From assembly GCF_001194135.2 (NCBI RefSeq), contig NC_069007.1, positions 19,736,992 through 19,776,043 of the forward strand: DNA of 39,052 nucleotides, read 5' to 3'. The position numbers and the translations under genes were made by a program. Each line of letters opens with the position of its first letter. The stretch's first letter is position 1. The notes under the pieces were generated by a model. That model was given only the letters and a program-made list of their open reading frames with translations, was not told where the DNA came from and searched no databases. Of the stretch, positions 29,686-39,052 are shown piece after piece. The stretch is from Octopus bimaculoides. Lineage: Eukaryota.

Positions 29686-30251
29686 GATCTTTCGGTACTA
29701 GTCGGGGTTTTTTTTGTCTTAAAGATGACCTATATATATATAGAGAGAGAGAGAGACCTTAACATTTTCAACGAAGTAAGTAAACCCACCATACAAGATG
29801 TGAAAGTGACATCAGATATTTCACACAAATTGTGGTTTATCAAAAAAGAACTTAGAAAAATAATTAATTAAACGGTTTCCGAGAGACATAACAGGTAAAC
29901 TGACAATTCATTTGCTTAAGAANNNNNNNNNNNNNNNNNNNNNNNNNNNNNNNNNNNNNNNNNNNNNNNNNNNNNNNNNNNNNNNNNNNNNNNNNNNNNN
30001 NNNNNNNNNNNNNNNNNNNNNNNNNNNNNNNNNNNNNNNNNNNNNNNNNNNNNNNNNNNNNNNNNNNNNNNNNNNNNNNNNNNNNNNNNNNNNNNNNNNN
30101 NNNNNNNNNNNNNNNNNNNNNNNNNNNNNNNNNNNNNNNNNNNNNNNNNNNNNNNNNNNNNNNNNNNNNNNNNNNNNNNNNNNNNNNNNNNNNNNNNNNN
30201 NNNNNNNNNNNNNNNNNNNNNCTATGGTAGAAAGGGCTATTATTATTATCA

Positions 30252-30289
<38 letters not shown>

Positions 30290-30290
30290 G

Positions 30291-30510
30291 ACGGCGAGCT
30301 GGCAGAATCATTAGCACACCAGGCAAAATGCTGAGCGTCATTTCGTCCGACTTTAAGTTCCGGAGTTCAAATTCCGTCGAGGTTAACTTCGCCTTTCATC
30401 CTTTCGGGATCGATTAAATAAGTACCAGTTACGCACTGGGGTCAATGTAATTGACTTAATCCCTTCTCCTAAATTTCACGCTTTGTACCTATAGTTAGAA
30501 AGGATTATTA
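30291..30510 (+). mobile_element. Full-length SINE family B
   Basis: GGCGAGCTGGCAGAATC head, GAGTTCAAATTCC B box, central domain, (ATT) tail. Confidence 0.88.
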
Positions 30511-30874
30511 CTGTTGCTGTTGATGATGATGATGATGATGATGCATTTTCGAGGAATTACAAGAGAAAGTTTGCCAAAAACGAAAGCAAATACGTCTTGA
30601 ATGTAAGACAAATGAAACACGGAAGCGGAATCGGTAAAAATGCCAATGGTTTTTATTATAGTTCGGCACGCGGTCAAACCCTGCTTGTCTTTGTATTGAA
30701 TTATTTCTCTAACATTAATGTTGTGGTTTGAGGGAGATTCAGCTGCTATTTCTAGGCTGGTTTCGTGTAGTAAACTTGGAAGTCGGGAATTAACGGATGT
30801 GAAGAAGAATCGAAAGAACGACGAACGAACGAACTAAAAGACGACAGTGAGACAAACTGTCTTTAGAAACGCCG

Positions 30875-30910
<36 letters not shown>

Positions 30911-31572
30911 ATATATATGCCTTAAACACACACAAATATAAATATGCTCACATACTTTAGATAGATAGATAGATAGATGTGTCTGTAGAGGTCTGCATGT
31001 GATGTTTACCAGAATTATTCCGTTTCGTACTTTTCCAAGTTGAAGGAGATGATATTTAAGAAGGTTTTTAAGTCTTTCGAAGATGTTTAAAGGAATCAAA
31101 CCCAACAGATTAGATAAAAGTAAAGAATTTCTTCGGTGCGCTCAGACTTCCATAAACAATAACGAATAGATACGTGTGTATCTATATAAATATATATACA
31201 TACATGCAGTATACGTGTATGCACGTATAATGTTCATCGTTATTTATGAATATATATACACGTAGACATTCACAAATTAATATACAAAGATATTTATAAA
31301 AATATACATTATATAATATATAAAATTTACATACATAAACAATGATATATATATATATATATATGGATAACACATATGTGTATACACGAATATATTCTAT
31401 ATAAATTAATAGGTATACCTATATAAATATATACACAATGTATGTATATATAAATCAATATAGATTTATGCGTAAACATATATATGTATACACACAATTA
31501 TATATATAAATATATATATATACACACACACACAATATGACATTGCAACATATTTATAAATATCGCACCATA

Positions 31573-31607
<35 letters not shown>

Positions 31608-32562
31608 NNNNNNNNNNNNNNNNNNNNNNNNNNNNNNNNNNNNNNNNNNNNNNNNNNNNNNNNNNNNNNNNNNNNNNNNNNNNNNNNNNNNNNNNNNNNN
31701 NNNNNNNNNNNNNNNNNNNNNNNNNNNNNNNNNNNNNNNNNNNNNNNNNNNNNNNNNNNNNNNNNNNNNNNNNNNNNNNNNNNNNNNNNNNNNNNNNNNN
31801 NNNNNNNNNNNNNNNNNNNNNNNNNNNNNNNNNNNNNNNNNNNNNNNNNNNNNNNNNNNNNNNNNNNNNNNNNNNNNNNNNNNNNNNNNNNNNNNNNNNN
31901 NNNNNNNNNNNNNNNNNNNNNNNNNNNNNNNNNNNNNNNNNNNNNNNNNNNNNNNNNNNNNNNNNNNNNNNNNNNNNNNNNNNNNNNNNNNNNNNNNNNN
32001 NNNNNNNNNNNNNNNNNNNNNNNNNNNNNNNNNNNNNNNNNNNNNNNNNNNNNNNNNNNNNNNNNNNNNNNNNNNNNNNNNNNNNNNNNNNNNNNNNNNN
32101 NNNNNNNNNNNNNNNNNNNNNNNNNNNNNNNNNNNNNNNNNNNNNNNNNNNNNNNNNNNNNNNNNNNNNNNNNNNNNNNNNNNNNNNNNNNNNNNNNNNN
32201 NNNNNNNNNNNNNNNNNNNNNNNNNNNNNNNNNNNNNNNNNNNNNNNNNNNNNNNNNNNNNNNNNNNNNNNNNNNNNNNNNNNNNNNNNNNNNNNNNNNN
32301 NNNNNNNNNNNNNNNNNNNNNNNNNNNNNNNNNNNNNNNNNNNNNNNNNNNNNNNNNNNNNNNNNNNNNNNNNNNNNNNNNNNNNNNNNNNNNNNNNNNN
32401 NNNNNNNNNNNNNNNNNNNNNNNNNNNNNNNNNNNNNNNNNNNNNNNNNNNNNNNNNNNNNNNNNNNNNNNNNNNNNNNNNNNNNNNNNNNNNNNNNNNN
32501 NNNNNNNNNNNNNNNNNNNNNNNNNNNNNNNNNNNNNNNNNNNNNNNNNNNNNNNNNNNNNN

Positions 32563-32759
32563 TTTTTTTTTTTTTTTTTTGCAATGATCTCAGTTTCTTG
32601 TTTTTTTTTACTTAACCCCTTCCCCGACGACTTTTTTGGGGGACGGGGAAAACGTTTCATTTTCAGACGAATTTTTTTATCGGATGATTTTGCACTCTCA
32701 TCTGATGTATCCAAGCTTCTAATAGAAGCTTCATACTCATTATCATCCGAGCTTGACAT
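32563..32759 (-). CDS. Orphan exon-like ORF start MSSSDDNEYEASIRSLDTSDESAKSSDKKIRLKMKRFPRPPKKSSGKGLSKKKQETEIIAKKKKK, running into an N-gap
   Basis: Long pyrimidine tract and CAG immediately before the ATG; acidic then basic composition; identity unknown. Confidence 0.35.
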
Positions 32760-33100
32760 CTGATAAAAACTGAGAAATGCCGAGAAAAACAGATAGAAAC
32801 CGAGAAATGCCAAGAATTGACATATAAACTCGTCTGTGGCTGCTTTTGAAATTATATGTTTTGGACGAGTTTAATCGTCGCACTCTTAAAAAGACAAATT
32901 GGGTGAAGACCAGTTAACAGAATTTGGGTTTCTTACCTCTGATTATAATATCTCAAGTACATCCCAACAGAAACTGTTTTTCTCTCTTTCTAAGATGCTA
33001 TCTTCAGACAATGAAATTGCAATATGCAAAGTTGAAGTGTGTCAGCAGTTTTTTTTTGTTACACATACACACACACACATATATATGTGTATACATACTT

Positions 33101-33147
<47 letters not shown>

Positions 33148-33254
33148 GTGAACCGCAATATAATGAGGGAGTACTGTATATATGTATAAGTGTGTGTATG
33201 TATGTATATATATATACGTGTGTGTGTGTCTTGCACTTATGCCGGTGACATGTT

Positions 33255-33535
33255 AGAAAACATTGCTCCTTCAGACTACCATTCGTTTCGTAGTTTACAG
33301 AATCATTTGGGGGACATAACTTTCGCAAGCCAGGAGGAGGTCGAAACTGACATTTCAGAGTTCTTCGCTTTGAGACCAAACGAGTTTTACATTGATGGGA
33401 TTAAAAAGCTTGTAAATAGATGGAAGTCATAGATAATCAGGGAAAGTACATTGATGATTAAATTTCAATTAAATATAACATTTGATCACTTGTTTTCTTT
33501 ATTTAAAATTCGGACAGAACTTATGGGATGACCTG

Positions 33536-33538
<3 letters not shown>
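33255..33538 (+). mobile_element. Mariner transposon 3' remnant with right TIR
   Basis: IAPSDYHSFRSLQNHL...FFALRPNEFYIDGIKKLVNRW, a frameshift, then VIDNQGKYIDD*; terminal CGGACAGAACTTATGGGATGACCTGA followed by TA. Confidence 0.9.
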
Positions 33539-33576
<38 letters not shown>

Positions 33577-33799
33577 GCAGAGATACTTAGTGTTGCTTGG
33601 GATTAAAATGGTATAGTTTACTATTATATTGCTTTTTTGGGGTCATGTGACTGTGGCCATGCTGGAGCACAACCTTTTACTTGTGATTATCCGTTTGTTG
33701 TATTTTTGTTAAATTTTTGGAATATATTCATGTAACACTACACACTCCTGATTTCTTCATAGATATATGTATGTATATATGTATATATCTATGTGTGTG

Positions 33800-34015
33800 T
33801 GTCTTTGTGTTTGTCCCCACCACCCACTCATCATCACTTGACAGCCAGCGTTGGTGTGTTTATGTCCTCCATAACTTAGTGGTTTGGTGAAAGAGTCCAA
33901 CAGAACAGGTACTAGGCTTACAAAGAATAAGTCCTGCGGTTGACTTCTTCGACTAAAATTAAGGCAGTGCTCCAGCATGATCGTGGTCACAAGTAAAACA
34001 ATAAAAGAAGAAAAG
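33800..34015 (+). mobile_element. 3' segment of SINE family C/D
   Basis: Matches the 1030 and 37540 copies; preceded by (TA/TG)n. Confidence 0.8.
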
Positions 34016-34037
34016 AGTATGCAAGATACAAAATGTC

Positions 34038-34043
34038 TTTATT
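34038..34043 (-). promoter_or_regulatory. Possible SUPT3H polyadenylation signal AATAAA
   Basis: Minus-strand AATAAA about 930 nt after the stop codon, in U/G-rich UTR-like sequence. Confidence 0.35.
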
Positions 34044-34399
34044 CATACAACAGTTCACACAACACATATTTACATATGAAGAATTCCTTGTCTAATTATT
34101 CCAATCAGAGGTGGTAGTCATTTGGTCCGGAGAACTATTGGTTAGATGGTCGTTTGGTGAGTGGTGGTCAATTGGATTGGGAGTTAGCTGATGATGTACA
34201 TATACACAGTGTGTGTTATACACACATACATATACATGCATACACATACACACACACACACACACTTGTACATTATGTAAATACGGAAATACTCCTACAC
34301 ACACGTGTATGCCCACACATACACATTCCGTCATCTATGTATTGATACTCTCTCCCTCACCCAGATAATCACACAATCGTATACAACCACCCATGGGTG

Positions 34400-34830
34400 A
34401 ACGGACGGGTAGGTGAATAGTAGATTGGCAGGTGTGGAAAGAAGTAGGTAGGTACTTGGGTAGATAGAGAGGGTGAGATAGGTAGGTAAGTAGGTACTTG
34501 TGTAGGTAGATAGATAGATAGAGAGAAGGGGGAATAGGTAGATAGATAGATAGATAGACTGGTTGGTAGGTAGGTAAGGAGGTACGGAGATAGATAGGTA
34601 GATAGACTGGTAAGTAGGTACGTAGATAGATAGATAGACTGCTTGGTAGGTAGATAGATAGACTGGTAGGTACGTAGGTAGATAGATAGATTGGTAGGTA
34701 AGTAGGTACATAGATAGATTAGTAGGTACATAGATAGATTAGTAGGTACGTAGATAGATAGACTGGTAGGTAGGGAGGAAACTAGGCAGGTAGGTAGGGT
34801 ATTTATGGAAGTAGGTAGGTCAGTAGATAG
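34400..34830. repeat. (TAGA/TAGG)n tetranucleotide array
   Basis: Directly visible. Confidence 0.95.
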
Positions 34831-34970
34831 GTAAATTATGGAAAAGGGCAGTTTAAGTTTAGCAAGACAGTGCCAAACATCTTATCATGTCCAAATATAA
34901 AAGGAGAATATCTGACTGGTTGAAGACACAGAAGGACAATTCTTGAAGAAGACTGGACTCTGATGACTGC

Positions 34971-35018
34971 TCAAAGACAAAGAAGAACATTCCTTGGAGA
35001 TGATCCAGCAACTCGCTT
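34971..35018 (-). CDS. SUPT3H: SUPT3H terminal exon: KRVAGSSPRNVLLCL*
   Basis: Pyrimidine tract plus CAG acceptor, phase 0, TGA at 34973-34971. Confidence 0.75.
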   Translation of the reverse strand, partial: KRVAGSSPRNVLLCL

Positions 35019-35423
35019 CTGGAAGAGAGAAGCAAAGTGTTACGTTTCAATGTATGATTTTCTTAGGCAATAACGTAAATAATACAGTTCTATATTTAAG
35101 AGAAGAGGAATTATTTACATTTGATGGATATTTACATTGAATGGTGATGATAATGATATGTGTGTGTGTGTGTATCAGTCTCTCCAAACATACTTACAAC
35201 TGCTCCAGAAAAGGGACCTGGCATTTCACTGTATCGTCGAAGTGCTTCTCGGATATCAGCTGGAGTAATGGCTTGGAAGGTCTGCAATTCAAGTTGGTTG
35301 GCTGGAACATTCTAGAAAGAGATAAAAAGAGAAACTAGTAAAAGAAAGGACATAAAAATCCAAAGACTATAAACATTATATATATATATAAATATACATA
35401 CAGAATATATATACAGAATTTTA

Positions 35424-35471
<48 letters not shown>

Positions 35472-36068
35472 ATATATACAAATTTACAGAAAACAAAAGA
35501 TGAAGACAGTTGCAGGAACAAATAGGTGTATTAGTTTAATGCTCAGGTAGAATGGAAAAGTCTTTGATATTTCAAATCTATGCTCTTTGATAGAAAAGAT
35601 TAGAGTTAAAGGAACGGAGAGAGAGAAAAATGTGTAGGGATCAACAATTCAACATGTGCGTGTGTGTGTGTATACACACATCATCATCGTTTAATGTCCG
35701 CTTTCCAAGCTAGCATGGGTTGGACGATTTGACTGAGTACTGGTGAAACCAGATGGCTACACCAGGCTTCAATCTGATTTGGCAGAGTTTCTACAGCTGG
35801 ATGCCCTTCCTAAAGCCAACCACTCCGAGAATGTAGTGGGTGCTTTTACGTGCCACCGGCACAAGAGCCAGTCACACGGTACTGGCAATGGCCTCGCTCA
35901 AAAAGGTATTTTTTACATGCCACCTGCACGGGAGCCAGTCCAGCGGCACTGGCAACGACCTCACTCAAATGATTTTCTAATGTGCCACCAGCACAAGTGC
36001 TAGAAGGCAACGCTGGTAACGACTACGCTCAAATGGTGCTATTTACAGGCCAGTAGCATGGAAGCCAG

Positions 36069-36105
<37 letters not shown>

Positions 36106-36970
36106 CACACGTGTACATACTCATACATACATACATGTATGTATATAGTGATAATAAGGTTAGTCAAAAGAAATGAAGGAATTGTTCTTTGGTTTATTTA
36201 TGCAAAGGTAAAGAAAGTCTTCAAATGGAATGAAATTAAAAANNNNNNNNNNNNNNNNNNNNNNNNNNNNNNNNNNNNNNNNNNNNNNNNNNNNNNNNNN
36301 NNNNNNNNNNNNNNNNNNNNNNNNNNNNNNNNNNNNNNNNNNNNNNNNNNNNNNNNNNNNNNNNNNNNNNNNNNNNNNNNNNNNNNNNNNNNNNNNNNNN
36401 NNNNNNNNNNNNNNNNNNNNNNNNNNNNNNNNNNNNNNNNNNNNNNNNNNNNNNNNNNNNNNNNNNNNNNNNNNNNNNNNNNNNNNNNNNNNNNNNNNNN
36501 NNNNNNNNNNNNNNNNNNNNNNNNNNNNNGTCCAGCCCCTTTTGTTCCCGTCTGTCCTGAAGGCTGACAACCAGACCCAGTATTGTTGATGATGTTCTCC
36601 TGGAAGGGCTCATAGAAATTACATGTGCTGGGTATGTTTTTTACTAACGGGTGAGCAGAGCTGCCGATGTGTTTAACCATGGGGTCGGCCGCACTGCCCA
36701 TTGCTTCTCTCTGGACAATTAATGCCAGGTCTATCAACTGTGAAGATAAAGAGGAAGACAATGTTAAAGATGGTATATGAAAAAACCCAGCATCACCACG
36801 ACCACCACCACCACCACTACTACTACTACTACCAACAAATTCTGCTGGGGTCGAATTTGCCTTTCATCCTTTCAGGGTCGATAAATTAAATACCAGTTAA
36901 GTACTGGGGTTGATATAATCGACTTATTTCCCTCCCCCAAATTTCAGGTCTGATGCCTATAGTAGAAAGG

Positions 36971-37016
<46 letters not shown>

Positions 37017-37160
37017 GAAAACTCACAGTTTATTTTGTTGGGTATGATGGAAAGTGTCAACTGTCCCCAGCCAGCAGACTAAGGTGACACTTGTTTACTG
37101 GTCACGCTTCAAGAACGCTGCGAAGAATTCTTGCAGTTCCAAGTAATAATAATAATAATA

Positions 37161-37198
<38 letters not shown>

Positions 37199-38509
37199 TA
37201 CTACTACTACTACTACTACTACGATACATGATAAGTACAACAGTTTAGAAAGACAAAACACAATATACAACAACAACAAAAACAAAATACCCAAACAACA
37301 AAACAAAACAAATTTAACAACAGAGATCAATATATTTCTCACCTGTGCAATTGTCTCGTAAGCCAGGTAACTGAACATCTCAAGAGCTAAAGGATTAGGC
37401 TTAGGTTCAACACACACGCCAGACATGAGCCAGTCTTTAAAACGCTGCGACTTATATTTACGGGCTGGAAAAAATAAAGAGAACAATTAATTACAATTAA
37501 TTAAAAATAATTAATTGTTTTTTTTTTGTTTTTTTTTTACTCCTTTACTTGTTTTAGTCTTTTCACTGTGGCCATGCTGGAGCACTGCCTTTAGTCGAAC
37601 AAATCAACCCCAGGACTTATTCTTTGTAAGCCTAGTATTTTTTTTCTATCGGTCTCTTTTGCCGAACCGCTAAGTTACAGGGACATAAACACACCAACAT
37701 TAGTTGTCAAGTAATGGTGGTGGGGGGAGACAGACACAAACACACACACACATATATGACAGGCTTCTTTCAGTTTCTGTCTACCAAATCCACTCACAAT
37801 GCTTTGGTTGGCCCAAGGCTATAGTGAAAGACACGTGCCCAAGGTGCCAACAGTGGGACTGAACCCAGAACTGGGTGGACACTAAGCAAGCTACTTACCA
37901 CACAGCCACTCCCATATGTATACACACATTAAATTAGCAGAGACATTAATGTGACAGAATAAAATGCCTTGTAGTATTTGCTCCAGACTTTTACATTCTG
38001 AGTTCAAATCCAGCCGAGGTCAGCTTTGCCTTTATTTATTTCAGGGTTGATATAATACAATGTTTATTCCGGTTCTGTCTCTTCTGTATCCTGGAAAGAT
38101 AGACTTAACCCATCTTAACTCATTTAAGTGGGCCCTTGGATTTGATTCAGCCCGCCAGTTTGAGGGCAACTTCATCGCTTTCCATCATTCACCAGTGTCG
38201 GTCTTAGAGAAAAATGAGAGAGTGGCACCTTGAGCAAGTCTTTTCTACTATTTATAAACCCTGGGCCGATCAAAGCCTTAGGAGTGAATTTGGTAGATGT
38301 ACACTGTCAGAAGCCTGTTCTGTGGGGGCGGGGGTGGGGGGTGCATGTGGGTTTGGGGTTTGTGTATGTTTGTGTGTGTGTAAGTGCGTGTGTGTGTAAG
38401 TTACTCTAACAAACATTTGGTTTTAATACTCACAGAAGTTGACTTGGCGTGATTCACAGAACTCTCGATATTGCTGTGGGTCCATGTGACGAGACAGTAA
38501 CTCAGCTCT
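34971..38509 (-). CDS. SUPT3H: SUPT3H (SAGA subunit Spt3), 3' part; 5' exons lie beyond the window
   Basis: Five exons match Spt3: Y.EFCESRQ..F, F.DWL...P...A.E...YLAYET.AQL.DLAL.V, AI.P..IREA.RRY, and a terminal LLCL*. Confidence 0.95.
35198..35311 (-). CDS. SUPT3H: SUPT3H exon: NVPANQLELQTFQAITPADIREALRRYSEMPGPFSGAV
   Basis: Conserved AI.P..IREA.RRY; AG and GTAAGT boundaries. Confidence 0.93.
35570..35615 (-). other. Heavily decayed sub-type B hammerhead-like remnant
   Basis: Minus strand reads CTATCAA-AGAGC-ATAG-ATTT-GAAAT-ATC; flanks resemble the 3590-3660 copy. Confidence 0.3.
35680..36060 (-). mobile_element. RTE-like tail element (family E)
   Basis: Reverse complement of the 12360-12800 element, with (CAT)n at the left end. 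Confidence 0.85.
36530..36737 (-). CDS. SUPT3H: SUPT3H exon (3' end lost in N-gap): LIDLALIVQREAMGSAADPMVKHIGSS...
   Basis: CAG acceptor, phase 0, L.DLAL.V motif. Confidence 0.9.
36845..37015 (+). mobile_element. 5'-truncated SINE family B with long (ATT)n tail
   Basis: GCCTTTCATCCTTTCAGGGTCGATAAATT...GTAGAAAGGATTATT. Confidence 0.8.
37343..37464 (-). CDS. SUPT3H: SUPT3H exon: RKYKSQRFKDWLMSGVCVEPKPNPLALEMFSYLAYETIAQ
   Basis: YLAYET.AQ motif; AG and GTGAG boundaries. Confidence 0.96.
37540..37915 (-). mobile_element. Full-length composite SINE family C/D (tRNA-like head, internal TA/TG microsatellite, 3' segment)
   Basis: The only copy in the window showing both halves joined through a short (TA)(TG)n tract. 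Confidence 0.85.
38434..38509 (-). CDS. SUPT3H: SUPT3H exon: RAELLSRHMDPQQYREFCESRQVNF
   Basis: MD..QY.EFCESRQ..F motif; AG and GTGAG boundaries. Confidence 0.96.
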
Positions 38510-38714
38510 CTGAAACAGACACCATAACATAACATGTATATGATATATATAGCTTACAGCCACTTCTGCTAAAAGATGCAATGGGCTCATAGTTGAGTGT
38601 TTGAGTAACACCTTATAGCTCCCTCAGAGCAACAAATAGGAAATGCAATTCAATTGAGAAAAGAATTATATTTGTGCATATATAAATAAGAAAAAATATT
38701 ACTATATATACATA

Positions 38715-39052
38715 CATCATCATCATCATCATCATCGTTTAACGTCCGCTTTCCATGCTAGCATGGGTTGGACGATTTGACTGAGGACTGGTGAAACCGG
38801 ATGGCAACACCAGGCTCCAGTCTGATTTGGCAGAGTTTCTACAGCTGGATGCCCTTCCTAACGCCAACCACTCAGAGAGTGTAGTGGGTGCTTTTACGTG
38901 TCACCCGCACAAAAACGGCCACGCTCGAAATGGTGTCTTTTATGTGCCACCCGCACAAGCCAGTCCAGGGGCACTGGCAACGATCTCGCTCGAAAATCCT
39001 ACAGGAGCCAGTCAGGCGGTACTGGCAACGGCCACGCTCAAAATGGTGCATC
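38715..39052 (-). mobile_element. RTE-like tail element (family E), cut by the window edge
   Basis: (CAT)n followed by CGTTTAACGTCCGCTTTCCATGCTAGCATGGGTTGG... Confidence 0.85.

Noticed and set aside
30540-30730. Open plus-strand frame and CGGAAGCGGAA (ETS-like) motif
   Set aside because: No recognisable homology or splice signals; too weak to call an exon or promoter.
32975-33010. CTGAAGA...GAAA spacing on the minus strand
   Set aside because: Only a weak 3-bp stem II and no stem III or NUH; consistent with chance.
38740-38775. CTGAGGA-CTGGT-GAAA within family E
   Set aside because: The intervening 5 nt cannot form stem II.

Overview
AT-rich, microsatellite- and SINE-laden eukaryotic genomic DNA with nine N-gaps. 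The repeat families look cephalopod, probably Octopus (inferred, not searched). Two spliced housekeeping genes lie on the minus strand. (1) A complete NFX1 / shuttle craft orthologue: 22 coding exons from 27211 down to 8436, all GT-AG with matching phases, 3603 nt, 1200 aa, with PAM2, RING, NF-X1 zinc-finger repeats, R3H and a conserved IIDYFD C-terminus. (2) The last five visible coding exons of SUPT3H (38509 down to 34971). There are also two orphan exon-like segments (172-383 on +, 32563-32759 on -), three SINE-like families, RTE-like tails, Tc1/mariner and RLE-type LINE remnants, TTAA-flanked MITEs and a Helentron-like element. The most notable feature not explained by the genes is a set of about nine hammerhead-ribozyme-like motifs of the Penelope-like-element type, in four sub-types, eight of them on the minus (gene-sense) strand. 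One of these, at 24524-24619 in an NFX1 intron, has every canonical core nucleotide, three stems and a GUC cleavage triplet, and is preceded in the transcript by a 25-nt antisense arm that could sequester its catalytic core. All alignments were done by eye; no database search or folding program was run.
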